Origin: Geosiphon pyriformis uo1 | Lineage: Eukaryota > Fungi > Glomeromycota | DNA length: 64,000 nt | Assembly (NCBI GenBank): GCA_016748015.1 | Contig: JAAOMT010000193.1 | Location: 124,001 to 188,000 of the forward strand | Reading direction: 5' to 3' | Shown: piece by piece, positions 36,206 to 48,833 of the stretch | Layout: each line of letters begins with the position of its first letter | Numbering within the stretch: position 1 is the first letter of the stretch | Translations under genes and position numbers: made by a program | Notes under the pieces: model-generated | Databases searched by the model: none | What the model saw: only the letters and a program-made list of their open reading frames with translations | Told to the model about the DNA's origin: nothing

Positions 36206-38578
36206 GCATATGCATTGGAGAATACTACTGCACAAACCTCTAATAAATTGATTTAGAATCTATAGTGCTGTAAAATAGTCAGCTTAGATTGCTTGAATTT
36301 GGTACAGATTTCTATGGAAGTGTTCTAGGTATGTAGTAACTGCTTCAGTTTCTCCTTGTTTCATAGTGGTAAAAGTGTTGGCCAGGCAATTGATACTATT
36401 ATTGTTGCTAAAGTATCTCAAAAATTCTGTTTTGAACGTGTTAAAAGTAACTGGTTTGTTGATTAAGCTTTGATACCAGGAATTGACAGTGTCTTGTTAG
36501 AAGTATGGGATCACTTGAAGTGCTCTGGCGTTGTCCCAATTATTAGTGGTGATGGCTTTTGTGACATTATTGATCCATGCTTGAGCATTGTCTTTTTTGC
36601 CAGTGAATTTCTTAAGTTTGGCAATTAGAATGTAGGCCATTAAATTCAAGTTTAATAATTGTTGTGGCTATTGAGATTGTTGTGGCTGTTGAAGCAGCTG
36701 TTGGAGTTGTTGAAGTGGTATTAGCGGCAGTTGGATTTGCTGATCTGGTTGTTGTAATGGCTGGCCAATTGGTTCAACTGGTTGATTAATTACAATTTCT
36801 GGAGGTACATGTTGTTAATTAATTAAATCAGGGTTTTGATTGTTTTGATTTGGCAGTGTTTGAATATTTGGAGTTTTGATTTTTGGATGTTCTAAATTTG
36901 GATTTTGTGGAGTTTAAACATTTGGGGTTTTAATTTCTGGGTTTTCTAGAATTGGGTTTTGGTAAGTAAATTCCTGATCCTCTTTTTCTACTTCTGATTT
37001 TGTTACTTTCCATGGGTCAGAAATTCTGAAATCAGGTTGAAATAATGATGATTGATATCTTAATAGTGTTGGTGATTATGATTTAAATCTTTCAAAATAT
37101 TTGCTATATGGTTTTAACAATTCTGCTCTTCTTTGTTTACTTTGGAATGGAAATTGTCCAAAGGTTGATGTTGTATTTGGTGTGGACATGTCTACTAAAG
37201 AGATATTGATGGCACTTTCTGGCATATAATGATATAATAGATTGGTTGGTGATTCAATTCAGGTTTTCTTCCAAATGGGTGGTTGTATTTGTTTTGGTGT
37301 TCCTGCTGGTGTTTGCAATTTTTTTTTGCCTTTGTCTGCGTAGGTAATAAGGAATTGTTATTGGGTGTACCTTTCAATGGTTTGATTGATTTCCTTAATA
37401 ATTGGTGTGAAACTGTAATTTTTTGATAGACTGGTATGTTGAAACAATTTTGTATAGAAATTTTCTCTTGCAGATTCGATGTTAACTGTTTCTCCTAAGC
37501 AGTCTGTAATTTTATCATTAACATAAAAGTTAAAGGTTGATTCTGCTAGGAAGTAGTTATTGTTTAATCCTAATTGTTGGCTGCATTGTTAAAACAAAGA
37601 TTTGGCGAATTCTAAATGATTTATTCCTATGATTTCTGATTCTGCCACTTTTGAATGATTTGTTTGTTGGTGCTGGTTCTCTGTAGAATTATACTTCACA
37701 GAGAGTACTAAATGTTACAGATGATTATTTGGGGTCTTAAACAAATAACAAACTTGTAACTTGGTGCTTGATTGATATTGTTGGCATTTGGTATCTAAAA
37801 GTTTTGTTGATCTGAAGATTTTGTTATAAAGTTTTTTGTATAATAGACAGAGATTTAATAGTTGTTTCAGTAGCCTCCTGGAATCACAATTCTGTCGAAT
37901 TTTTTTCTCAGTGTGGTGGTCAGTAATTTTCCTGGTAAGCTATCCTCAAATTGATGAGTGTTCTATCCTTGTTTCACGGGTTTTTTACCAGTCTCTATGA
38001 TGTCTGTAATTTAGTGCTTTAATTTTTAATCAATTAATTAAACAAAAAAAATATCAAAGAAATAAAAGAAAAATAAAAAAAGATAAAGAAATAAGCAAAA
38101 GCAATTGTAAGTTAGTATCTTATCAATAGCTGTGATCAAGAGCTATTGTTTCAGTGTGGTTAAGTAGCAATTACTATCAACATAAAGTGTTGATAATCGA
38201 AAGTGGATTGGAGATAAAGAATAATACTTTATTGATATTTGTGAATAGAAGGTTGCTTAGATCAAATCCAAACTGAGAGATCTTTAATTAAAAGATTCTG
38301 TCTTTTCTTTTTTTTAATACTACTGCTATATATACATAATTGAGATTTCTTGATTTCTCAATTCTCGCACCAGGAATTTTGAAATTCCTGGAATTCTGCA
38401 ATTTCTCTTGAAAGAAATCCTGGAATTCTGAAATCCTGTGATTCCTTATACAAGAATCTTGAAATTCTTGGAATCCTGCAATTCTTCTGAGAAGAATCCT
38501 GGAATTCCACATTTACTATGATTATTTCTGATTGGCTAATTTATGCTAATATATACTTTTTATATTCTATGAATAACA
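36206..38578 (-). mobile_element. gag: Family B element B2, 5' part (gag 36206-37648, PBS, 5' LTR 37713-38578)
   Basis: Gag paralogous to B1 33950-35350; decayed PBS TAGTACTCTCTGTGAAG; LTR TGTTAC...ATAACA. Confidence 0.88.
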
Positions 38579-38811
38579 ATGTTTAGCATTATCTTTGACT
38601 AATTAACAGTAATAGCAAAAAATGTGTGCATGCCACTATTGTGGTAAACAAGAACATTTACAGTTTAAATGCCATAAATGGCTAAATGAACAATGATTAG
38701 ACCATCAATATTGAAACTTCAATCACTGACTACAAACTTAGAATTATGTCAGTAATTAATCACCAGAATAATATTAACCTCAATTACATTACTTTTTAAT
38801 AATATAGCCGA
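38579..38811 (+). pseudogene. gag: Family B gag fragment (zinc knuckle) in plus orientation
   Basis: Encodes CHYCGKQEHLQFKC. Confidence 0.75.
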
Positions 38812-39392
38812 TGTTACCGGAGGTTTTTGGTCTCTTTTCTTAAATGTTGTTGATGCTTGTTTGCTGTTTTATTCATGACTAGAGGAAGTAGTTGAACCTT
38901 CGATAACTGAATTTATCTTCAAATTATCTCCTATAATTTGAACTGCTGGGCTTATAAGTGGAATGGCCAATTCCGTGCCAGTTACTTTATGTAGTTACGT
39001 TGTAGTAAACGTCAACTCTTTCCCAGGAATTGCTTGTCTGGAAGCTCACTAAAAATGTGTAGTTACTTTGCTGTGAAAGTCAACTCTTCTACAGGAATCT
39101 CGTCTGTAGGCTACCCAAATGATTATGATAAGAAAAGAAAGAGAAAAATAAAAGAAACGTAAAGAAATAGAATTTTGTCAAGGAAACGTTTTCTATCCAG
39201 GCCTGGAGTCACTAACAAGATTACTGAAATTGGTAGCTAATCAATTTCAAAATGTTAGTTGTGTTGAGAGAATTTCAAGTGTAATAATCAAAGGATTTGG
39301 TTTTCGAATATTTAATTTTTATTTGAGATATGTAAAAAGTGATTTGTTCTAATTAAGATACCTAAAGTAAGATACTATGGTAGGATATGAGA
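38812..39392 (-). repeat. Young family A LTR, partial, ending at an assembly gap
   Basis: Near-identical to the first ~580 bp of 40103 and 43925. Confidence 0.9.
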
Positions 39393-41044
39393 NNNNNNNN
39401 NNNNNNNNNNNNCTGAAGCTATACAAAAACAAATTCACAATAAATTCAAAACAGCAGCTGGACCAACAAATACTTACTACAAACTTAGAAAAACATTTAG
39501 ACTCTATGATTTATTTAACACTTGTGAAAACATCTTACAAAATACAATACTTTATTCAATGAAAATACAATACATTGGAAAGCTCACAAAACTGAAATTT
39601 CAACAATTTTCAGACCAAATTACTTTAATTATTTTGGATGATTATTTTAAAATTACAGATAGTGCTTGGACTTTGATAAAACTCAGTCTTAAGGAGAAAA
39701 TTATGTTACCAGAAGAATTTTAGTTATTAATTAACATGAAATTATCTTCATAATTCTTATTATTAATTAGCATATATTATTACCATTTTAATTATTACTT
39801 ATTATTTAATCAAATTATCAAATATTATTACTCAATTAATAATTCGATTTGTACCATAGAAATTAAGATAATCAAATTATACAATACTCTAAACCATTTA
39901 ATATAGTCAAAATTTGCCGAAATTAATAAAAATTGGCCAAAAAATTTAATAGTTCAGCAAAATAACTTGTAGTTCACTAAAATATATCTTTAGTTTACCA
40001 AAATTATAGCAAAAAAAAAGTACAAGTTTAAAGATTAGTACTATAACAAGTTGTATAAAAGAAGAGCTTCTCTCTTCAAGAAAATATATCTTATTATAGT
40101 ATTGTTACCGGAGGTTTTTGGTCTCTTTTCTTAAATGTTGTTGATGCTTGTTTGCTGTTTTATTCACGACTAGAGGAAGTAGTTGAACCTTCGATAACTG
40201 AATTTATCTTCAAATTATCTCCTATAATTTGAACCGCTGGACTTATAAGTGGAATGGCCGATTCCGTGCCAGTTACTTTATGTAGTTACGTTGTAGTAAA
40301 CATCAACTCTTTCCCAGGAATTGCTCGTCTGGAAGCTCACTAAAAATGTGTAGTTACTTTGCTGTGAAAGTCAACTCTTCTACAGGAATCTCGTCTGTAG
40401 GCTACCCAAATGATTATGATAAGAAAAGAAAGAGAAAAATAAAAGAAACGTAAAGAAATAGAATTTTGTCAAGGAAACGTTTTCTATCCAGGCCTGGAGT
40501 CACTAACAGATTACTGAAATTGGTAGCTAATCAATTTCAAAATGTTAGTTGTGTTGAGAGAATTTCAAGTGTAATAATCAAAGGATTTGGTTTTCGAATA
40601 TTTAATTTTTATTTGAGATATGTAAAAAAAGTGATTTGTTCTAATTAAGATACCTAAAGTAAGATACTATGGTAGGATATGAGAAGATACATTTTCTTGA
40701 AGAGAGAAGCTCTTCTTTTATACAACTTGTTGTAGTACTAGTCTTTGAACTTGCACTTTTTCTCTTTTCTAGAATTTCGGTGAACTAAAGATACATTTCG
40801 GCGAACTACAAGTTATTTCGCTGAACTATGAATTATTTCGGCCAATTTCCATTAATTTCGGCGAATTTTTGCTATGTTATATGGTTCAGGGTATTGTGTA
40901 AATTGATCATCTCAATTTCTATGGTCCAAATCGGGTTATTGATTAAATGATGATAATTGCTAATTTGATTAAATAATAAGTGAAATTCGAAATGATGCTA
41001 ATTAATGATAGGAATTATAAAGGAAATTTCATGCTAATTAATAG

Positions 41045-41356
41045 CTAAAATTTTACTGGTAACATAATCTCCTCCTTAAGACCGAGCTCCGTCGAAGTCC
41101 AAGCACTATCTGTGGTATTAAGATAGTAGTCAAAAATGATTGAAGTGATCTGGTCTGAAAATTGTTGAAATTTCAGTTCTGTGAGTTTTCCAATATACTG
41201 AATCTTCATTTGTTGAAGTATTGGGTTTTGTAGGACATTTTTGCAAGTGTTGAACAAATTATAGAGTCTAAAAGCTGCTCTAAGTTTGTAGCGAGTGTTT
41301 GTTGGTCCAGCTGCTGTCTTGAATTCATTATGAATTTGTTTTTGTATAGCTTCAGG
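41045..41356 (-). pseudogene. A2 ORF3 C-terminal part (least decayed copy)
   Basis: AIQKQIHNEFKTAAGPTNTRYKLRAAFRLYNLFNTCKNVLQNPILQQMKIQYIGKLTELKFQQF…ELGLKEEIMLPVKF*. Confidence 0.8.
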
Positions 41357-41406
41357 NNNNNNNNNNNNNNNNNNNNNNNNNNNNNNNNNNNNNNNNNNNN
41401 NNNNNN

Positions 41407-43879
41407 TTCATACCATCAGCAGTGACAATAACTGTTTGGGCAGGTCTATCCACATTCCGGTGGAGCTGTTGCATCAGTTGGTAAGTGATGATGCTTCCGG
41501 CGGATCCACTGTCTAAGATTAAGCGGATTTGTTTTCCTTCTACTTCAGCCTCCGTATACATAGCTGTAATTGCTTTTTGTTCATTGACAGCTGCATTGCT
41601 AAGCAAGAATGGTGATTCGTTTGCTTCAAATTCAAATGGGAATATATCTGAAAGGTTGGTGTTTTCAGCAATCTTTGCTGGTGGGATTGTTTGGTTGTTG
41701 GTAGAAGGGTTTTGTCTTGGTGCTGCAACTTCACCTTCAAAAAGTGCAGTTTGTTGAAAATTCTGTTCCTCTGGCAATGTTAAGTAACTTGGTTGTGTTT
41801 GGTAATGATTATGTCTCTGTTGAATCGGATTTCTGGGTACCAATTGATTGTTGGAGCTAGTTCTGTTGTTGTTGTTTTGAAAACGATTTTGTGGTGTGAA
41901 TTGATTTTGTTGAGTGATTCTCCTAGCAGGTACTTGGTATTGTTGAACCGGAGGTGGTTGTTGATATTGTGCAATTGGTGGAGGTTGTNNNNNNNNNNNN
42001 NNNNNNNNNNNNNNNNNNNNNNNNNNNNNNNNNNNNNNNNNNNNNNNNNNNNNNNNNNNNNNNNNNNNNNNNNNNNNNNNNNNNNNNNNNNNNNNNNNNN
42101 NNNNNNNNNNNNNNNNNNNNNNNNNNNNNNNNNNNNNNNNNNNNNNNNNNNNNNNNNNNNNNNNNNNNNNNNNNNNNNNNNNNNNNNNNNNNNNNNNNNN
42201 NNNNNNNNNNNNNNNNNNNNNNNNNNNNNNNNNNNNNNNNNNNNNNNNNNNNNNNNNNNNNNNNNNNNNNNNNNNNNNNNNNNNNNNNNNNNNNNNNNNN
42301 NNNNNNNNNNNNNNNNNNNNNNNNNNNNNNNNNNNNNNNNNNNNNNNNNNNNNNNNNNNNNNNGTTGATTATTCCTTTGCTGCTGGTCTCTTTGCAACTT
42401 CCTACAATCTCGTTTCCAATGTCCTGGAATTCCACAATAGTGGCAATTCTGGGGTTGACCAATGGGTGCTGATGAGAAGTTTCCTTGGTTCCGTCGTTGG
42501 GGTGGTTGATATCTTTGCGGTTGTTGCTGTGGTTGTTGTTGATTGGTGAAGTAGTTTTCAACTTTCTTGGTAAGCTGGTCAATTTTCTCTTCAGCTGCTG
42601 AGCTGGTTTCACCAATGGCAAGGTTAACAAGCTTTGTGCGGTTAGCTTCTTCCATAGCCATTTCGTAATTTTTCGCATGGCGAATGGCAGTAGCTAAATC
42701 TTCTAGGTTGTGTGGGCGAACTTTCTTGATCAGTTTGTCCTTTAGTCCAGCAATAAATTGATCCAAAATCTGAGCGTTGGAGTAATATTCATCGGTTTCC
42801 AATTGGCAAATTCTTCTGAGTAGTTTGTTGAACTTTCCAAGGTAGGTCATGACTGATTCTGATGGATCTTGCTTAATGTTTCAGAATCAGTTTCGGAGTG
42901 TGATAGAGGTGTTGTTGTCGGTGAACTGTTGAAGAAAAGCATCTTTGAATGCTTGCCAGTTTTCAAATGGTCCTTCCAAATTTTCGAACCATTCTCCGGC
43001 CGTTCCTTGGAGAAAGTAAGGAATTGCTTTGAGCATTCTGGCTGCATTCCATCCATTCGCATCTCCAGCTTTCGAAACTTTGTCAAGCCATTCTTGAGGA
43101 CTGGTATCGCTATCTTCACCAGTAAATTCGGGAATTTTTGCAATATAAGCAGTTGCCATTTCTTCGTTTTCAAGGTCTTCTGGTTCTTCCTGTTCTGATT
43201 CAGTTCCTTCGCTTTCTAGGTTCTCAGAATGATTACTTTGATTCTCTTGTAAGTAATCAAAAAGGTTGGTGCTAGTTGATATTGGTTCCTGCTGTTGAGT
43301 AGGATTCTTTGGTGACTGAAAATCTTCTATTCTTGAGAACCGGACAAGTGGTGAATCTGGTGTCTGTGGTTGAGCAAGTGAAGCAGGAAACGGTGTAAGG
43401 GATAGTGGTAGTTTGATATTGGTTCTTTGCTCTGGTGTTTGTAGATGTTTGACAGTTATCTTTGGAGTTTTTGGAGTATTGGGGGTGGTGCTGAAAAGTT
43501 GTTTCTGTTTCTGTTTGCCTTTATTGCTTGTTTCTGTCTCTGATTCGAAACCTAGAGAAAATTGTTGTGGGACTGGATATTTTTCTTCACAGTATTGGAT
43601 GATATTGAAATCAAGTTCTTGAAAGTAGGTGGCAATTGTTTCACTGTTGAGCTCCTCAGTATTTAGATGAGAATAGTGTAGTAAGTTGTTGTAGAGGTTG
43701 CTTTTGACTTCAGTAATATTGTAGTCTCCAAGTAGGTAGTTGTTGAATCGGTTTTCGATGTATTGGTATAATGATTTCTTAAATGCCTCAATTCCATCTT
43801 AGATGTTGAATCTTTGCTTGCAGTGAGTGTAAATCGACTGGTAGTACTCTAGAGTTGTTATGTCTGAAGCAGACGCCAC
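41407..43879 (-). pseudogene. gag: A2 Gag and protease N-terminal half
   Basis: MATAYIAKIPEFTG…EWLDKV, CHYCGIPGHWKRDC, intact LILDSGSAGS; only a few CGA>TGA or CAA>TAA stops. Confidence 0.92.
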
Positions 43880-45447
43880 TTTGAAGTTGTTGTTGCTGTG
43901 TTGTTTCCGTGAGAGAGCACCAAATGTTACCAGAGGTTTTTGGTCTCTTTTCTTAAATGTTGTTGATGCTTGTTTGCTGTTTTATTCACGACTAGAGGAA
44001 GTAGTTGAATCTTCGATAACTGAATTTATCTTCAAATTATCTCCTATAATTTGAACTGCTGGGCTTATAAGTAGAATGGCCAATTCCATGCCAGTTACTT
44101 TATGTAGTTACGTTGTAGTAAACGTCAACTCTTTCCCAGGAATTGCTCATCTGGAAGCTCACTAAAAATGTGTAGTTACTTTGCTGTGAAAGTCAACTCT
44201 TCTACAGGAATCTCGTCTGTAGGCTACCCAAATGATTATGATAAGAAAAGAAAGAGAAAAATAAAAGAAACGTAAAGAAATAGAATTTTGTCAAGGAAAC
44301 GTTTTCTATCCAGGCCTGGAGTCACTAACAGATTACTGAAATTGGTAGCTAATCAATTTCAAAATGTTAGTTGTGTTGAGAGAATTTCAAGTGTAATAAT
44401 CAAAGGATTTGGTTTTCGAATATTTAATTTTTATTTGAGATATGTAAAAAGTGATTTGTTCTAATTAAGATACCTAAAGTAAGATACTATGGTAGGATAT
44501 GAGAAGATACATTTTCTTGAAGAGAGAAGCTCTTCTTTTATACAACTTGTTGTAGTACTAGTCTTTGAACTTGCACTTTTTCTCTTTTCTAGAATTTCGG
44601 TGAACTAAAGATACATTTCGGCGAACTACAAGTTATTTCGCTGAACTATGAATTATTTCGGCCAATTTCCATTAATTTCGGCGAATTTTTGCTATGTTAT
44701 ATGGTTCAGGGTATTGTGTAAATTGATCATCTCAATTTCTATGGTCCAAATCGGGTTATTGATTAAATGATGATAATTGCTAATTTGATTAAATAATAAG
44801 TGAAATTCGAAACAATGCTAATTAATGATAGGAATTATAAAGGAAATTTCATGCTAATTAATAGCTAAAATTCTACTGGTAACAGTATCTTACTATAGTA
44901 TCTTAATCAGAACAAATTACTTTTACACATTTCAAATAAAAATTAAAATATTTGAAAAACCAAATCTTTTGATTATTACACTGAAATTTTTTCAACACAA
45001 CTAACATTTTGAAATTAATTAACTACCAATTTCAGTAATCTGTTAGTGACTCCAAGCCTAGATAGAAAACATTTCCCTTGACAAAATTTTATTTCTTTTA
45101 TATTTTTTTTATTTTTTCTTTCCTTTCTTATTATAATCATTAGAGTAGTCTACAGACAAAATTTTTGTAAAAGAGTTGACTTTTATAGCAAAGTAACTAC
45201 ACATTTTTAGTAAGCTTCCAGATAAGCAATTCCTAAGAAAAAGTTGATATTTACTATAACATAACTACATAAAGTAACTGGCAAGATATTGGTCATTTTA
45301 CTTATAAGCCCAGCAGTTTAAATTATAAGAGATAATTTAAAGATAAATTCAGTTATTGGGAGTTCAACTGCTTCCAGAAAACGTAAAATTAGCAACAAAC
45401 AAACATTAATAACATTCAAAAAAAGAGACCAAAAACCTCTAGTAACA

Positions 45448-47976
45448 ATGTTATACTTGGTGATAAAAACAGTTTTTTTTCTGCTTTCTGGATCTATTTC
45501 TACTTATCAGAATTTAGCAGTTAAGTCAATAGTTAAGAAAAAAGCAGCTCATTGAATTTGTTTAATATTGTATCAATTTTAGGAAGTGGATATATGTCTC
45601 TAATAGTGATGATATTTAATTGGTGATAATCAACACAAAAGTGTAGAGTTCTACCTTTTTTAAATACCACTACAACTAGAAAAGCTCATTTACTTTTGGT
45701 TTTTTGTATGAATTCAAGATTTTTCATTCAGGTTATCTCTTTCTTAATAAACTCATTATTGTACTAATTAGATTGATAAGGCTTTAAATAGATAGAGTAA
45801 GTTTCTCTGGTAGTAATAGTATGTTGTATCATATAGATTCATTCAAAAGTATTACTTTTTTTTAAAATAACTGGACTATTTCTAGCCAACAGATTTTCAA
45901 TGTCTATTTTTTTTTCTTTTGGGAAGATTTTTTTTGTTCTATTGCAAGTAATTAGACTTTAGGTGGTTTATTCTCAAAGGACTTTTGTACTTCTTTTATT
46001 TTTTCTTTGAATATCAAACTAATTGGTTTTTAATCTTTGTAATACATCAAACAGGACTTGCATTCATCACTAGGAGAATACAAAAATTTATTGCACCAGC
46101 ATCTGGCATAAAAACCATGCTATCAATAACTGTATTTTGCTTTTTTATCAGGTTTTCTATTGAAAATTCTTTTAAAGATATCATAATAGGACTAGTAGAT
46201 TAGCTTGCCATTTATCATGATTTCTTTTTTGTCAGCTTTAACATTGTTCAATGGCTTGTTGTTATTGGTAAAAATGATATAGGCAAGTTCAGCAGTTTTT
46301 TTTTATTCTTCTTAATCTTTTTTTTCATCACTTTTTTTATTCTTTGATTCATCTGATTGTTCTTCTTCTTGGTTTTGCTTGGATACTAAAAAAATTGTTC
46401 AATGATAGCATTTAACCACAATGGGCTATTTATCACATCTGATAGTTAGCTTACAAAGTTCATAGTCAAGTAGTGCTTTGGCTTTCTTGAGTTACTTATT
46501 GCCAACAATTATGGTGTACTCTTTTGTTTCAAATACTTCTATGTTAGTTTTAATGCTAATGCCATTAATGTGAACAAAAACAGCTTTGGCTATGCCCAGG
46601 CTTTTTTTTTTGTTACCATGTATATTGGTCATTGGTTTAGTTGAGGGTTTATTAATTTTTCTGTCAATTGCTTCAAGGAAATATTTGACAATAATGCTAA
46701 CAGATAATCTATTATTTAAAATCAGATCAATAAAGTAACCAGCCACTTGGGTTTTGCAAATTAGAGGAATAACATTGCTGTTGTTAATAAATTCAGCTTG
46801 GTAAGAGCACTTGTTGGTTTTTGGTGTCTTCTTCTTTGGGATTAAAGATTTACAAAGATCTTTCCTGAATTGTGAATAGATTATTAACTGGCCAAAAGTA
46901 ATGTGAGCTGAAGTTTTCATAAAATCTTTAACAATGGAATAAAAACCAGATTTTTGTACAATTTCTGAGAGTTCCAACTTTAGAAGATTTTTAAAAACTT
47001 TGGTTTTTAGTGACTTATTGTTATCAGCAGTTAATGTGAATGTTTTATTTGAATTCAGAACAAAATTAACCTTAGCTTTTTTTTTTTGTTGATTCAGAGA
47101 TATTGATTGCTAGTTCATCTATGTCATAATTAATATTAGTTAAGTTAAAAGCATAAAAAGAGTTTTCTTTTGATTGGCTTGTATTCTTACTCTTTGGAAA
47201 TGCACCTATTAGTTTAAAGGCTAATAAACAGTGGCTTCAACTAAAAGATCTTCTCCAAAGAAATTAATTTTGGCATAATTGGGTCTTTGATTGAAGACAT
47301 TGTTGTTGATAGTTCCATTGTTTTGATTGTTATTGTTTTTGGAAGCTGGAAGAGGCAGAAAAATATTGTTGTAATTTCTAGAGAAATGTTCAGTTAATTC
47401 ACTGTGATAACACACAGGTAGACCATAATTTTGTTGTCTTTGATAAGAGAGTTGCTGAGGCTGATTAAAATAGAGTTTAAATCTGGGTCTTTGGAGTTGT
47501 CAATTTTCTCTGACTGCTTGGACTAAGGGCTTTAATAACTGGATACAATTGGCTGTAAGTCTATTTATTAATTGTTCATTAGGATTTAGAGTTTAAGCAG
47601 TAAAAAAAATAGCAGCCATTTAAAAAGCAAAAGCCATAACAGAAGCAGAAACAAAAACTAGAAGTATAGATTTTAAGTGTATTCTTTGATTATCTTCTAT
47701 TTTTTGGGCAAGTTCAATAGTCATATCTATTGTGAGATTATTTTTCAGAGCCAAAAGAAACCAAAAAGCATATAAGAGATCAGTTTTCAATCTTTTTGTA
47801 AAAGAGTAGATTTTCTGCTTTTTTGTCTAATTTCTTTTAGAGTCTACCCATTTGATTAACTTTCTGATTGCTTTAGTATATTTAGTTACAATTTTATCAA
47901 GACTTTGAGTTTTTTTTTTAATTTTATGTGCCATTTAGATATTAAGATAAGAGTTCTAAATTTTATTTTAAATTGG
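45448..47976 (-). mobile_element. Family C fragment C2 (gag C-terminal half, protease, RT N-terminus)
   Basis: Paralogous to C1 24335-26870; both ends cut by LTR insertions. Confidence 0.88.
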
Positions 47977-48415
47977 TGTTACTTATAGAATATAGAATTT
48001 ATATATTAATATATAAATTAGCCAATTAGAATAGACATAATAAAAGTAGAATTCCAGAAATTCCAGGATTTCTGACTAAAAAATTAAGGAATTCAAGAAA
48101 TCTTGTACAATAAAATTTATGTATATATAAAAATAATATTAAAAGTTAAAAAATTAGTTAATTAGACTTTCAAAGTTAATTAAACTTGCAAATTATAATT
48201 ATTAAATACAAAAAAAGCAAAATCTTCAAGTTAAAATCCTTAGTTTAAAACATTAAGTTCCAACATCTTATATCAATAAAATACTTATTTCAATCATAAT
48301 CTATTGCCTACTATCAACATGAAATGTTGATAGTAATTGATATTTAACTATATTAGATCAATAGCTTTTGATCATGACTATTGACAAAATACTAATTTTG
48401 CTTGTTTTGGCTTAT

Positions 48416-48446
<31 letters not shown>

Positions 48447-48829
48447 ATTTTTTTATTTTTTTGTTGTTGATTTATTAATTGATTAAAAAAAATTAACACA
48501 CAGGATACTAATATCAGAATATAGTACTAGTAAAAAACTTAAGAATAAGGGTAGACACTCGAAATTAAGGATAGCTTATTAGAAGATTATTAGCCACCAA
48601 GCTGAAAAAAAAATTAACAGAATTGCAATTCCAAGAAGTGATAAACAATAAAACACACTAATCTAAAGGTTAATACTAAAAACATTACTAAAAAAATTTC
48701 TATTGAATCTCTGTCTATTATATAAAAAACTCAATTAAAACCTTCAGATATTACCAACAAAATTAGCTATTGAGCATCAAGTTATGGGTTTGTTATTTGA
48801 TTTGAGATCCCAAATAATCATTTGTAATA
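47977..48829 (+). repeat. Family B solo LTR
   Basis: TGTTAC...TGTAATA; flanks TTGG/CTGA are compatible with a decayed 4-bp TSD. Confidence 0.85.
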
Positions 48830-48833
48830 CTGA

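Larger units (their letters stand above)
40103..44884 (-). mobile_element. Young family A element A2 (interior incomplete because of N gaps)
   Basis: LTRs 40103-41064 and 43925-44884 differ at about 12 substitutions by my manual count; perfect TSD GTAT (40099-40102/44885-44888); PBS TGGTGCTCTCTCACGG at 43905-43922. Confidence 0.93.
39413..45447 (+). mobile_element. Plus-strand family A 3' end (ORF3 tail 39413-39723, LTR 39704-40102 plus 44889-45447), split by A2
   Basis: PPT AAGGAGAAAATTA then TGTTACC at 39704; LTR resumes after the GTAT TSD and ends GTAACA at 45447; inverted near-copy of 50024-51271. Confidence 0.85.

Noticed and set aside
2575-36209. LTR at 2579 as the 3' partner of the B1 5' LTR (ACAT/GCAT as TSD)
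   Set aside because: The two LTRs diverge strongly after about 60 bp, and the left flank does not continue B2 gag.
41357-41406. A2 as a natural non-autonomous deletion derivative joining protease to ORF3
   Set aside because: The junction is an N gap, so the missing pol region is most likely unassembled repeat.
41793-42678. Long ORFs spanning X runs
   Set aside because: Artefacts of translating through the 41989-42363 gap.
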